Shown here one piece after another: positions 37,159 through 47,359 of a stretch of 64,000 bases of DNA (its first letter is position 1; each line of letters starts with the position of its first letter). The stretch is from positions 726,431 to 790,430 of the forward strand of contig JBJOMY010000001.1 of the NCBI GenBank assembly GCA_046052125.1. The letters run 5' to 3'. A program made the position numbers and the translations under genes. This stretch comes from Cyanobacteriota bacterium (GTDB lineage: Bacteria; Cyanobacteriota; Cyanobacteriia; PCC-6307; Cyanobiaceae). Below the pieces are notes generated by a model. That model was not told the DNA's origin, did no database searches, and worked only from the letters and a program-made list of their open reading frames with translations.

Positions 37159-38046
37159 TTAAACCTCGCCGCTCTCCTTCAGCAGGGCGTCGTAGCGATC
37201 GAAGCCCACCAGCTCACGCAGCTCAGCGAACTCCAACATTCGCTCCGGCGTACGGCCGGCCTTCAGCGCCGCAAGCGCGCCCTGCATCGCCGCCGCCGCG
37301 CACGACAACAAGGTGAGCGGGTAGGCCGCCAGCCGCACACCCATCTCCCCCAGAACATCCGGCGGCAGCAGGGGCGTGATCCCTCCCTCGAGCATGTTGG
37401 CCATCCGCCAGCCCGGCACCTCCTGGCAGAAGCGGCGCAGTTCGGCCTCTGAGCGCGGGGCCTCCAGAAACAGCACATCGGCCCCGAGTTCAGCGAAGGC
37501 ATTGAGGCGCCAGAGGGCCTCATCCAGCGCCGCCGCCTCGCCATGGCTCGCCGCCAGGGCGGAGCGGGCATCGGTGCGGGCCACGATCACCAGATCAGCG
37601 CCTTCGGCGCGGGCCGCCACAGCCGCTCGGATCCGGGAGAGGGCCTCCTCACGCCCCACCACCTCCTTGACGCCGGTGTGGCCGCAGCGCTTCGGGGCCA
37701 GCTGGTCTTCAAGCATGATCCCGGCGAATCCAGCGCGGGCGAATTGCTGCACGGTGCGACGCACGTTGAGCGGATTGCCGTGGCCGGTGTCGCCATCGCC
37801 GATCACCGGGATCTGCACCGCCTCACAGATCGAGCGCCCCTGATCGAGCATCTCCGACACGGTGAGTAAGCCCGTATCCGGCAACGCAGCCCGGGCCGCG
37901 GCCACGGAGAAGCCGCTCATGAACGTGAGCGGAAACCCGGCGCGCTCCACCAGCCGCGCCGAAAGTGCGTCAAAGCAGCAGGGCATCACCAGACAACCCT
38001 CACGCTCAAGCAAGGCGCGCAACCGCTGAGCAGGAGGAATGGTCAT
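37159..38046 (-). CDS. Isocitrate lyase / PEP mutase family protein (PrpB-like)
   Basis: FDALSARL, GDGDTGHG, LEDQLAPKRCGH and VARTDA. Confidence 0.9.
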   Translation of the reverse strand: MTIPPAQRLRALLEREGCLVMPCCFDALSARLVERAGFPLTFMSGFSVAAARAALPDTGLLTVSEMLDQGRSICEAVQIPVIGDGDTGHGNPLNVRRTVQQFARAGFAGIMLEDQLAPKRCGHTGVKEVVGREEALSRIRAAVAARAEGADLVIVARTDARSALAASHGEAAALDEALWRLNAFAELGADVLFLEAPRSEAELRRFCQEVPGWRMANMLEGGITPLLPPDVLGEMGVRLAAYPLTLLSCAAAAMQGALAALKAGRTPERMLEFAELRELVGFDRYDALLKESGEV

Positions 38047-38105
38047 GGCCGGACAGCGATCAAGCTCCATGACCCTCGCGCAGAGGCCTGCCCTTGAATG
38101 CAGCG

Positions 38106-39896
38106 ATGGCTTCCCCTCAACCGCCCCTGCAGCGTCTGCTGCGCAGCCTGCGCCCCCATCGCCGCCTGGTGTGGCTGGCGGCCAGCTGCTCGGTGCTCAA
38201 CAAGCTCTTCGATCTAGCACCGCCGGTGCTGATCGGCCTGGCGGTGGATGTGGTGGTGCAACAGAACACCTCCTGGCTGGCAGCGCTGGGGGTGCGTTCG
38301 GTGCCCGGCCAGCTGGGGGTGTTGGCGCTGCTCTCCTTTGTGATCTGGAGCGCCGAATCGCTGTTCGAATATCTCTATGCCCTGCTCTGGCGCAATCTCG
38401 CCCAAACAGTGCAACACGAGCTGCGCCTCGAGGCCTACAGCCATCTGCAGCAGTTGGAGATGGGCTTCTTTGAGGCCAGCAGCAGCGGCCGCCTGCTGGC
38501 GATCCTCAACGACGACATCAATCAGCTCGAGCGCTTCCTCGACCACGGCGCCAACGAGCTCCTGCAACTGATCACCACCGTGCTGGCGGTGGGCGGCGCC
38601 ATGGTGTGGCTCTCCCCCACGGTGGCGGGGGTGTCGTTCATACCGATCCCGGTGATCCTGTGGGGATCGCTCACCTTCCAGAAGCGGCTGCAGCCCCGCT
38701 ACCGCGAGGTGCGTGAGAGGGCCGGTGATCTGGCCAGCCGCCTCGCCAACAACCTCGGCGGCATGCTCACGATCAAGAGCTACGCCGCCGAGCCGTGGGA
38801 GAACCAACGGCTCGCCGAGCAGAGCCAGGCCTACCGGGAGAGCAACGCCCGGGCGATCCGCTTCTCGGCGGCGTTCATCCCGCTGATCCGCTTCGCGATC
38901 CTGTTCGCGTTCCTGGCGATCCTGGTGATCGGCGGCTTGCAGGCCTGGAGCGGTGCCATCGCCGTGGGCACCTATTCCTTCCTGGTGTTCATCACCCAGC
39001 GGCTGCTGTGGCCGCTCACCAGCCTCGGCCGCACCCTCGACGACTACCAGCGCGCCATGGCCTCGAGCCAGCGGGTGCTGGATCTGATCGACACCCCGAT
39101 CGCCATCCCCAGCGGCCATCGCCCCCTGCCCCTGAGCCAGGTGCGCGGATCCCTGAGCTTCCGGGCTGTGGATTTCGCCTACAGCGGCCGCTCCCCCCTG
39201 CTCCACCACTTCAACCTGGAGGTACCCGCCGGCAGCACCATCGGCATCGTGGGCGCCACCGGCTCGGGCAAGAGCACGATCGTGAAGCTGCTGCTGCGGC
39301 TCTACGAGATCCAGGGCGGCGAAATCCTGCTCGATGGCCTGCCGATTGATCAGCTGGAGCTGGCCGATCTGCGCCGCGCCATCGGCCTGGTGAGCCAGGA
39401 GGTGTTCCTCTTCCACGGCACGGTGGCCGAGAACATCGCCTACGGCAGCTTCGAGGCACCCCGCGCCGCGATCGAACGGGCCGCCCAGCTCGCTGAAGCC
39501 TCACGCTTCATCGAAGCGCTGCCCCAGGGGTACGACACGGTGGTGGGGGAGCGGGGCCAGCGCCTCTCTGGCGGTCAGCGCCAGCGCATCGCCCTGGCCC
39601 GCGCCATCCTCAAGAACCCGCCGGTGCTGATCCTCGATGAGGCCACGGCCGCGGTGGATAACGAAACCGAAGCGGCGATCCAGCGCTCGCTCGATCTGAT
39701 CACGGCCGAGCGCACCACCCTGGTGATCGCCCACCGCCTCTCCACCGTGCGCCACGCCGATCAGATCGTGGTGATGGATCAGGGGCGGATCGTGGAGCAG
39801 GGCAGCCATGACAGCCTGATCGCCGCCGGCGGGGCCTACGTGAACCTCTGGCGGGTGCAGGCCGGCCTGCGGGCCGATGAAGCGCTGCGCCTCTGA
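38106..39896 (+). CDS. ABC exporter, fused permease/ATPase
   Basis: TM domain, [24 protein letters not shown] and IAHRLST. Confidence 0.93.
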   Translation: MASPQPPLQRLLRSLRPHRRLVWLAASCSVLNKLFDLAPPVLIGLAVDVVVQQNTSWLAALGVRSVPGQLGVLALLSFVIWSAESLFEYLYALLWRNLAQTVQHELRLEAYSHLQQLEMGFFEASSSGRLLAILNDDINQLERFLDHGANELLQLITTVLAVGGAMVWLSPTVAGVSFIPIPVILWGSLTFQKRLQPRYREVRERAGDLASRLANNLGGMLTIKSYAAEPWENQRLAEQSQAYRESNARAIRFSAAFIPLIRFAILFAFLAILVIGGLQAWSGAIAVGTYSFLVFITQRLLWPLTSLGRTLDDYQRAMASSQRVLDLIDTPIAIPSGHRPLPLSQVRGSLSFRAVDFAYSGRSPLLHHFNLEVPAGSTIGIVGATGSGKSTIVKLLLRLYEIQGGEILLDGLPIDQLELADLRRAIGLVSQEVFLFHGTVAENIAYGSFEAPRAAIERAAQLAEASRFIEALPQGYDTVVGERGQRLSGGQRQRIALARAILKNPPVLILDEATAAVDNETEAAIQRSLDLITAERTTLVIAHRLSTVRHADQIVVMDQGRIVEQGSHDSLIAAGGAYVNLWRVQAGLRADEALRL

Positions 39897-39989
39897 TCGC
39901 TCACGCCCAGCAGCCGGCCAGCCCAAAAACTGACCGCTAGTTAGTCAATGCCAAAGGGATGGTCAAGAGGCGTGAAATAAGTTGTGAGA

Positions 39990-40910
39990 ATGAAGAGTCC
40001 AGGCCTGAAGAGCATCGGCACGCACCCCCGCGATGAGCGCGGCCCGATCCTGATGGCCATCGCCTTGGGCCTGGGTGGAGGCCTGCTGCTAGCGGCGCCG
40101 CTCAACCAACTGCTCAATGGGCCGCCCCTGGGCAGCAATCACCAGGTGGTGAATCCGTTCAGCAGCTGGACGGGCATGGGCGAGAAGGAGGTGGTGATCC
40201 TCGGCACCGATGTGGGCGGCGGCAACACCGATGTGATGTACACGCTGAGGGTGGACAACGGCGTGACCAAGCTCACCCAGGTGCCGCGCGACACCTACAT
40301 CGACTCCAGCCGTTTCGGCCCGCTCAAAGCCAACGCCCTCTACGCCTTCGGCGGCCCCGATGCGGTGAAGCAAGAGCTCACCAAGCACCTGGGGCGTCCG
40401 GTGCAGCACCACATCCTGGTGAACCTCTCGGTGATCCGGCGCCTCGGCGATGCCCTCGGCGGCCTCCAGGTGAACGTGCCAAAGAGGATGTACTACAACG
40501 ACAACACCCAGGGCCTGCACATCGATCTGCAGCCAGGCCCCCAGGTGCTGCGCGGCCGCGACATCGAGGGCTTCCTGCGCTTCCGCCACGACGAGCTGGG
40601 TGACATCGGCCGACTGGATCGCCAACGGCTGCTGCTCAAGGCCCTGTTCGATCAGATCACCAAGCCCGAAAACCTGGTGCGCATGCCCGCCCTGCTCGCC
40701 GCGGCCGGCAAAGACATGAAGACCGACCTGGGCCCGATGGAGATCGGCGGCCTAATCACGGCCATGGGCGGCACCAAGCTCGATGCCGAGCGACTGGGCG
40801 GCCGGCCATTCATGCGCGATGGCATCAGCTACTGGGAAGCCGAGTGGCCCAAGGCCACTGACACCAGCGCCGCCAATAGCTCCACCGACCGCTACGGCTC
40901 CGTGTTCTGA
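39990..40910 (+). CDS. LCP (LytR-CpsA-Psr) family protein
   Basis: ILGTD...NTDV, VPRDTY and LRFRHDELGDIGRLDRQ. Confidence 0.9.
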   Translation: MKSPGLKSIGTHPRDERGPILMAIALGLGGGLLLAAPLNQLLNGPPLGSNHQVVNPFSSWTGMGEKEVVILGTDVGGGNTDVMYTLRVDNGVTKLTQVPRDTYIDSSRFGPLKANALYAFGGPDAVKQELTKHLGRPVQHHILVNLSVIRRLGDALGGLQVNVPKRMYYNDNTQGLHIDLQPGPQVLRGRDIEGFLRFRHDELGDIGRLDRQRLLLKALFDQITKPENLVRMPALLAAAGKDMKTDLGPMEIGGLITAMGGTKLDAERLGGRPFMRDGISYWEAEWPKATDTSAANSSTDRYGSVF

Positions 40911-41128
40911 GGCGTGTCCTCAGCGGTGCCCTGCAACTCGGCCTCGTAGGCCGCCGGCACCACCACCAAAAACAGCCACCACCACAGCACCACCGCCAGC
41001 GCCACGGGCGCTGTGATCCACCAGCGCTGCAGCAACCACCAGCTCCCGGCCACGGCCAGGACGCCCGTGAGCAGGATCGACCAGGGCTGGCACCACCAGG
41101 GCTTGTGGCTCCAGATGCTCTCAGCCAT
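40892..41128 (-). CDS. Small membrane protein (DUF6737-like)
   Basis: WSHKPWWCQPWSILLTG. Confidence 0.75.
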   Translation of the reverse strand: MAESIWSHKPWWCQPWSILLTGVLAVAGSWWLLQRWWITAPVALAVVLWWWLFLVVVPAAYEAELQGTAEDTPQNTEP

Positions 41129-41567
41129 GGGGATGCCCCGAGCGCGACAACACGAGTAGAGCCAACAACAGCGCCACCACGGCCAGCACGGGGCTAGCGG
41201 CCGCCACCGTCACTCCCAGAGCAGCGGTGAACCAGATCGAGGCCGCACTGGTGAGGCCATGCACTTGAGGGGTGGGATCGTCGTGGCCGTTGCCGCGGCG
41301 ATCCACCAGGATCTCGCCAGCCCCAAGGAAGCCCACGCCTGTGGCCACCCCCTGAATCACGCGGCTGCGCGCCTCTGGATCTGGCCCGGCCGCCAGCACC
41401 ATCAGGCAGGCACTGAGCCCCACCAACACGTGCATGCGCAGGCGACTGGGCTGGGGATGGCGGAAATGCTGGGCCCGGTTCACCCCCACCGCCATGCCGC
41501 AGAGCACGGAGAGGCCGAGGCGCAACAGCACCTCAAGGTCGGGGGAGACAGCGGGAATCCAGGTCAC
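41121..41567 (-). CDS. MgtC/SapB family protein
   Basis: LRMHVLVGL, RVIQGVATGVGFLGAG and VHGLTSAASIW. Confidence 0.9.
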   Translation of the reverse strand: MTWIPAVSPDLEVLLRLGLSVLCGMAVGVNRAQHFRHPQPSRLRMHVLVGLSACLMVLAAGPDPEARSRVIQGVATGVGFLGAGEILVDRRGNGHDDPTPQVHGLTSAASIWFTAALGVTVAAASPVLAVVALLLALLVLSRSGHPHG

Positions 41568-41630
41568 AGAAGGGAAGCACTCAGCAAAACCCGGCCATAA
41601 GCTCCACCCAAGCGCCCTCTACCGCGGCCT

Positions 41631-42587
41631 GTGTCCAACGAGTTGGTGCGCAACAGCCTCAAGTTGTCCGTGGCGGTGTTTCTCACGGCAACCATTGCCG
41701 TCTGGACCGAACGAATCGAGTTTGTCTGGTATCCCGTGCTGGCGGCGATCATCGTTGTAGATGACAACGACGATCTCACCATCAACGCCGCCGCGGCCCG
41801 GATCCTGGGCACGGTGATGGGAGGACTGATCGTCTTTTTGGTGCACACCATCCTCTCGGGCTGGATGGGAGTGCTCGTGTCGTTGGTGTTGATGATCCCG
41901 ATCCTGCAGGCCCTCGGCTGGCAGAGCGCCTTGGGTACAGCCGGGATCACCAGCATCATGTTTTTGATGATCCCGAGCCACGTGGCTCTCAACTGGAACT
42001 ACGTGTTCAACCGCGCGCTCGACACCGTGGCGGGCTGCGTTGTGGCGATCCTGGTGGGCCTGCTGTTCTGGCCCCGCAACAGCTACCAGGAGCTGAACGC
42101 CGCCGACCAACGCCTGCGGGCCAGCCTGCAACAGCAGCTCAAGCGCTACATCACCTGGCTGTCGGAGCAGAGCCATCGCCCCACCCCGCTGAACCCGGCG
42201 CCGCTCACAACCGACCTGATCCGGATGGAGCAGCTGGTGGGGCGCGAGCGCAGCGGTCCCCGCCACCAGGTGCTGCGCCGCTCGCAGTGGGAGCAGCGCC
42301 TGCGGCTCTGGCAGCTGGCCCACGCCCACTGGATCAGCTGGGAGCAGCTGATGCACAGCCTCCCCGAGCAGAAGGCCCTGCACGCTGAGCTGATCCGCCA
42401 ATCGGTGCTGGGGTTGCAACAGCAGCTTCAAGCGATTCCCAGGCCCACACCGCAGCGCAACCCCAAGGCCTGGCAGGCCTTGGCCGAGCGGGATCAGCTG
42501 CCGCTGTTGCCGCTGTTGGCCCTGGCGGAGGAACTGCGGCCCCTGCACGCCTGCCTGGGGGGCCTCCAACGGCTGGCGCCCCAGTGA
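41631..42587 (+). CDS. FUSC / aromatic acid exporter-like membrane protein (type A)
   Basis: ARILGTVMGG and RALDTVAGCVVAILVGLLFWP, plus a helical cytoplasmic C-terminus. Confidence 0.8.
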   Translation: MSNELVRNSLKLSVAVFLTATIAVWTERIEFVWYPVLAAIIVVDDNDDLTINAAAARILGTVMGGLIVFLVHTILSGWMGVLVSLVLMIPILQALGWQSALGTAGITSIMFLMIPSHVALNWNYVFNRALDTVAGCVVAILVGLLFWPRNSYQELNAADQRLRASLQQQLKRYITWLSEQSHRPTPLNPAPLTTDLIRMEQLVGRERSGPRHQVLRRSQWEQRLRLWQLAHAHWISWEQLMHSLPEQKALHAELIRQSVLGLQQQLQAIPRPTPQRNPKAWQALAERDQLPLLPLLALAEELRPLHACLGGLQRLAPQ

Positions 42588-43630
42588 TCAACCGCAACAA
42601 CCTCCGCACGGCGCTGACGGCCGGACTGGGCAACGGCTTCGCCCACATGAGCGGCCTGCCTGACGCTCAATACGTCGCCCTGGCGGTGCTCTCCGTGTCG
42701 AGCGGCACCTATGGCGGTGCGATTGAACTGGGCCGACAACGGCTGCTCGGCACCGTGCTCGGCTCGCTCTTATTGCTGGTTGGCTACGAGTGCCTGCATC
42801 GCTTGCCCCTGGCGGTGGGGCTGGCGATCACCCTGGGCAGCCTGCGCCTACTGGGTGGCCTTCTCAATTTGAAGGTGGGCTACAAGGTGGGCGGCATGAT
42901 CGTGGTGATGGGCTGGCTGGTGCATGAGGGCAACCTCGCCAGCTGGATTCCGCTGCGCTTCTTCTGGACGGCCCTGGGGGTGTTGATCACCCTGCTGAGC
43001 TTGCGGCTCTTTTGGCCGGCGCGGGGCGTGAGCCTGTGTTTGAACCGCTACGCCGATCTGCTCCACCAGCTCAGCGACAGCTTCACCAGCCTGTCGGCAC
43101 GACTGCAACAGAACACGGAGGGGGCCGGTTCGCGCTCCAACAGCTACCGGCAGCTCCGTTCAGTGCTGCAAAGCGCTCGCAGCCTCAAGCCAGCGCTACT
43201 GCAAGAACTGGGCAGCCAACCGCTCCGCCATCCCGCCTACCTGCTGATCACCACCCTCGACAGCACGGCCTCACGGCTGGTGACGATGGTGGGCGGCATG
43301 GAGCGGGCGGCGCCCACCCGCCGCGATCCCCAACTAGTGGAGCGTCTGCACCAAGCCGAAGCCGAGCTACTGGAGCGCATGGCCGCTCAGGTTCTGCTCT
43401 GGGAGCAGCAGCTCCGCAGCCAGCGCGGCTTACCCAGCCCCCCTGCCATGGGGTTGCAGCTGCCGCAGAGTTGGCTGCAGCTCAGCGCCGAACTCAACGA
43501 CCCCGTGGCCAACTCCGCCTCGCTGCAGCGACTGGAGCGCATCGCCTCCCGCCTGCTGCTCTGCCGTCAGGCCGAGCAGGCGCTCCGTGAGGGCGAGACG
43601 AGCTGGGGCTCGATCGTGGCCAGGAGCTGA
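42584..43630 (+). CDS. FUSC-like membrane protein (type B)
   Basis: ELGRQRLLGT and WIPLRFFWTALG...LFWP. Confidence 0.8.
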   Translation: MINRNNLRTALTAGLGNGFAHMSGLPDAQYVALAVLSVSSGTYGGAIELGRQRLLGTVLGSLLLLVGYECLHRLPLAVGLAITLGSLRLLGGLLNLKVGYKVGGMIVVMGWLVHEGNLASWIPLRFFWTALGVLITLLSLRLFWPARGVSLCLNRYADLLHQLSDSFTSLSARLQQNTEGAGSRSNSYRQLRSVLQSARSLKPALLQELGSQPLRHPAYLLITTLDSTASRLVTMVGGMERAAPTRRDPQLVERLHQAEAELLERMAAQVLLWEQQLRSQRGLPSPPAMGLQLPQSWLQLSAELNDPVANSASLQRLERIASRLLLCRQAEQALREGETSWGSIVARS

Positions 43631-43650
43631 ACCTTGATGCGGAGCACGCC

Positions 43651-44487
43651 ATGACGGTGATCCACGCCCTGCTGCGGCAGCGCCATCGCTACTACCGCAA
43701 CCTGCTGATCGTGGAGGTGATCGCCCTGATCGGCTTGCGGGCGCTGCAACAGGCCCCGCAGCTGGTGAGCCTGGTGTATCTGGTGATCAGTGGTGTGGGC
43801 GTGCTCGCCGACACACCCTTGCTGCCCGGCAACCGGCTGACCCCCCAGCTCAACCGCAACCCCTTGCCCGTGCGTAGCCAAGAGCGGTTGCACCGGATCT
43901 TCCAACGGCGGCTCTGGCTCGCGAAGGGCTGGCTGATCGCAGCAGTTGTGGAGCTGGGGTGGCAGGCCTCCCTGGTGCTGTCACCGGCCGTGGCCGTGCA
44001 GCTGAGCGTGCTCCACATCGTGGTGTGGCTCGGCCTGCTGCTCTATGTGCTCTGGGCGCTGATGAACGCCCTGGCTGAAGAACCCACCTTCAGCGGCGCG
44101 ATGCTGATGGGTGCGGCCGCGGGCTACCTGCTGATCGGCTTCACCGGTGGAATCATGCTCAATTCACTGCTGGTGTTGGATCCAGCGGCCTTCCACCTGC
44201 CCGCCAGCGTCCATCCGCAACTCCCCGTGGGCATCGCCCATGCCCCGCAGATGCTCGGGGCCGCCTTCGGGAGCCTCACCACCTTGGGCAGCGCCGTGCT
44301 CAACCCTGAGAGCCTCACCAGCGTGAGCGCCAGCGTGGGCATCACGATCGTCGGCCAGCTGTATGTGGCAATCCTGATTGCCGGCGTACTGGGCAAACCG
44401 AGGCAGCTGGCTGCCGTCCGCAAGGCTGCACACCGCCGTCAGCAAGCCGAGGGCACATCCCCCAGACTGCGGCGCATCAGGCGCTGA
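43651..44487 (+). CDS. Membrane protein with ion-channel (Ion_trans_2-like) C-terminal region
   Basis: Multiple TM helices, LMGAAAGYLLIG and SLTTLGS...P...VGQLYVAILIA. Confidence 0.65.
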   Translation: MTVIHALLRQRHRYYRNLLIVEVIALIGLRALQQAPQLVSLVYLVISGVGVLADTPLLPGNRLTPQLNRNPLPVRSQERLHRIFQRRLWLAKGWLIAAVVELGWQASLVLSPAVAVQLSVLHIVVWLGLLLYVLWALMNALAEEPTFSGAMLMGAAAGYLLIGFTGGIMLNSLLVLDPAAFHLPASVHPQLPVGIAHAPQMLGAAFGSLTTLGSAVLNPESLTSVSASVGITIVGQLYVAILIAGVLGKPRQLAAVRKAAHRRQQAEGTSPRLRRIRR

Positions 44488-44498
44488 TCGGCAACACG

Positions 44499-46343
44499 TT
44501 GGCATTGCGACAGCCGGTCCTGCTTGCACTCGCCCTGGCCATGGCGCCGGCGATGGCCGCGCCGCAACTGGCAGCGCCGCAAGGCGCCAACCCGCTGGCG
44601 GGCGCCGTTTCCGCCCCCCTCAGCCGGCCCGACAACGCCGAGCTGCTCGAGCGCAGCTGGCAGCAACTCGATGCGGAGCTCCGGGCTCTGGATCAACTGC
44701 TGCCGCTAGAGCCCGAACCGCCGGTGCGCGATGTGCTCAGCACCCCGCAGCTGCCTCCCAACCTGCTGCGCGCCAATCAACCAGCCCAGGGCGCGCTCCA
44801 ACCCGCCCAAAGCAGCCCGGCCCCACCCCTGGATCTGCCCAGCCCGCAGCAGCTGGCGGAGGGCCCGATCGCCGGCCTCAGCCTGGAGCAGGCCCTGGCC
44901 ATCGCCTTCGCCAACAGCGCCAGCCTCCAGGCCCAGCGGGAGCAGGTGGCCTCGGCCCTGGCCAGCCTTCAGGCAGCGCTTGGCACCTACTGGCCCACGA
45001 TCAGCGCCTTTGCCTCGGGCGGCTACGAGCGCAGCCGCAGCACCGAAACATCGCTGGCGCCCAACGACAACCTTGGCTTCGGGCCCCTGTTCAGCGGCAC
45101 TGGCCTACTAACGCCAAGCAACCCCAGCCTGCCCTCCACCCAACCGCAACAGGGACTGCCAATCGCAGGGCCGTTCTACGTGCCCGAGGGCGGCTGGGTG
45201 AAAGCCAATTCCGGCACCAGCGCCTTCGAAGGCGGGCTCCAGCTCAATTACGCCCTGCTCGACTTCGCCCGCACCCCGAACGTGCGCGCCGCCCGCGCCA
45301 ACCTCGAGCAACAACGCAACACCTACGCCAACCAGCTGCGCACGCTGCAGCTGCAGGTGAGCGAGGCCTACTACCAGCTGCAACAGCAGGATCAGCTGGT
45401 GCGCGTCTACGACGCCAACGTGCGCAACGACCTGGTGATCCTCCAGGACAGCTTCGACCTCAAGCAGGCGGGCTTGGTGCCCCGCCTGGATGTGCTGCGG
45501 CGCCGCTCAATCCAGGCCTCCGATGAAGAAACCCTGATTCAAACCCTGGCCGATCGAGCCGTGGCGCGCCGGCAACTGGCGGTGCTGCTCAACCTGCCTC
45601 CGGCGGTGACCCCCAGCGCCAGTGATCCAATCGTGGTGCAGCCGCGCTGGCCGCTCGATCTCGAGCAAAGCCTTCTGGCCGCCTACCGGGGCAATCCAGA
45701 GCTGGAGGCCATCCTGGCCACCCGCTCCGCCCTGGCCCAACAGAAACAGGCCACCGCCGCCGGCCTCCTCCCCAAGCTCTCGCTCTTCGCCAACGGCGGC
45801 GGCAGCAGCAACCTCTCCAGCCTGGGCAACTTCGAGCTGGGTGGCGGCGGCTGCTGCGGCTCCACCGCCCTGCCGCTCACCTCCACCAATGGCTGGGACT
45901 GGTCGGTGGGGCTGACGATGACCTGGTTGCTCTTCGACGCCGGCACCACCGCCGGCCAGGCCCGCGCCCTGGCCAAACGCGAAGCGGCGGCGGCCCAGCA
46001 GTACGCGGCCACCCGCAACGACATTCGCCTCCGCCTCGAGCAGGCGTTCTTCAATCACGAAGCCAGCCTGGCCAAGCTCAGCTCGGCGCGGCGCGGGGTC
46101 GCCGCTGCCCTGGAGGCGTTCCGCGATGTACGCCTCCGCTACCTCACGGGCCTCTCGAGCGAGGTCGATCTCTCGATCACCCAGGAGCGGCTGATCGGCA
46201 GCCTGGTGCAGCGGCTCAACGCCACGGTGAACGTCAACGTCAGCTATGCCCGCCTGTTGCGCGAACTGCTGCCGATGCCCCGCGATCCCGATCAACGGAT
46301 CCAACCGCAACTGCAATTGCCGCTCCCCACCACCTCCCGCTGA
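44499..46343 (+). CDS. TolC family outer-membrane efflux protein
   Basis: Signal peptide, LSLEQALAIA, VSEAYYQLQ and two OEP repeats. Confidence 0.9.
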   Translation: MALRQPVLLALALAMAPAMAAPQLAAPQGANPLAGAVSAPLSRPDNAELLERSWQQLDAELRALDQLLPLEPEPPVRDVLSTPQLPPNLLRANQPAQGALQPAQSSPAPPLDLPSPQQLAEGPIAGLSLEQALAIAFANSASLQAQREQVASALASLQAALGTYWPTISAFASGGYERSRSTETSLAPNDNLGFGPLFSGTGLLTPSNPSLPSTQPQQGLPIAGPFYVPEGGWVKANSGTSAFEGGLQLNYALLDFARTPNVRAARANLEQQRNTYANQLRTLQLQVSEAYYQLQQQDQLVRVYDANVRNDLVILQDSFDLKQAGLVPRLDVLRRRSIQASDEETLIQTLADRAVARRQLAVLLNLPPAVTPSASDPIVVQPRWPLDLEQSLLAAYRGNPELEAILATRSALAQQKQATAAGLLPKLSLFANGGGSSNLSSLGNFELGGGGCCGSTALPLTSTNGWDWSVGLTMTWLLFDAGTTAGQARALAKREAAAAQQYAATRNDIRLRLEQAFFNHEASLAKLSSARRGVAAALEAFRDVRLRYLTGLSSEVDLSITQERLIGSLVQRLNATVNVNVSYARLLRELLPMPRDPDQRIQPQLQLPLPTTSR

Positions 46344-46357
46344 GGGCGGCCCAACCG

Positions 46358-47359
46358 ATGGCCACCGCCCTGCCCGCCCTCAGCCCGCTCTGGCGCAACA
46401 GCCTGCGCACCTGGCTGGCGGCCACCCTCACGATCGGGATCATGCTCTGGTCGGGCCGGGGCAGCGTGATGCTGCTCGGGTTGTTGGTGGCGGTGTTGTT
46501 CATCAACGACAACGAGCTCACGCCGCTGCGCTTTGTGAGCCAGATGGTGGGTGGGGCCCTGATCGGCATCCTCACGGCCGTGGTGCTTCACCAGATCACC
46601 AGCGGCTGGCTGATCACCGCCATCGGCCTGCTGATCACCGGCGCCCTGGTGCGAGGCCTCGGACTGCTCAAGGGACTGAGCATGGGCTACATGGGCTGCT
46701 GGGCCCTGGAGGTGATCGGCTACGGCAAGCACTTCAACTGGGCCCTGATCTTTGATCTGGCCTTCACGGTGGTGGTGGGGATTGGCATGGCCCAGCTCGC
46801 CACCTGGGCCTTCTGGCCGAAGCGCCCCCTCCAGCAACTGCCGCTGTTGGAGCGCGAACTCTGTGAGCAACTCAGCGGGCAGATGGGCTTGATGCGGCAG
46901 TGGCTGAACGATGGCGGCACGCCACCGGCCTCGCTGCGCTCCCAGGAGCTGCTGCCGCAGATCCTGGTGCTCCAGCAACTGCGGGATCAACGCCGCCAGA
47001 GTCCAACGCCGGCGCGGGTGCGACGGCTGAGTGCCCGTTGGGCGCAAACCGGCAGCATCTGGCGCCAGCTGCTGCGCCAGTGGATGCTCCTGGAGCCCCT
47101 GCTGATGCAACTGGCCGCGCCCCTGCACCCCGGTGGGCTGCTGCAAGAGAGGCTCCAGAAGCTCGAGCACAGCCTCCAGACTCCGGTGAGTGGGCCACAG
47201 CCGCTGCAGCGGAGCGGAGCGGAGCTCTGGCTCGGAGAAGCCCGCACCAGCCAGAGCTCCGCACCCTTGCTGCTAGCCATCGCCCAACAGCTCGATCAGT
47301 TGGAGCAGCTGCTCCACAGCCGCGCGCTGATCCGGCAGGCGATCGAGCACACCCGATGA
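46358..47359 (+). CDS. FUSC-like membrane protein (type A paralog)
   Basis: RNSLRTWLAATLT resembles RNSLKLSVAVFLT of the 41631 protein; also WAFWP. Confidence 0.75.
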   Translation: MATALPALSPLWRNSLRTWLAATLTIGIMLWSGRGSVMLLGLLVAVLFINDNELTPLRFVSQMVGGALIGILTAVVLHQITSGWLITAIGLLITGALVRGLGLLKGLSMGYMGCWALEVIGYGKHFNWALIFDLAFTVVVGIGMAQLATWAFWPKRPLQQLPLLERELCEQLSGQMGLMRQWLNDGGTPPASLRSQELLPQILVLQQLRDQRRQSPTPARVRRLSARWAQTGSIWRQLLRQWMLLEPLLMQLAAPLHPGGLLQERLQKLEHSLQTPVSGPQPLQRSGAELWLGEARTSQSSAPLLLAIAQQLDQLEQLLHSRALIRQAIEHTR

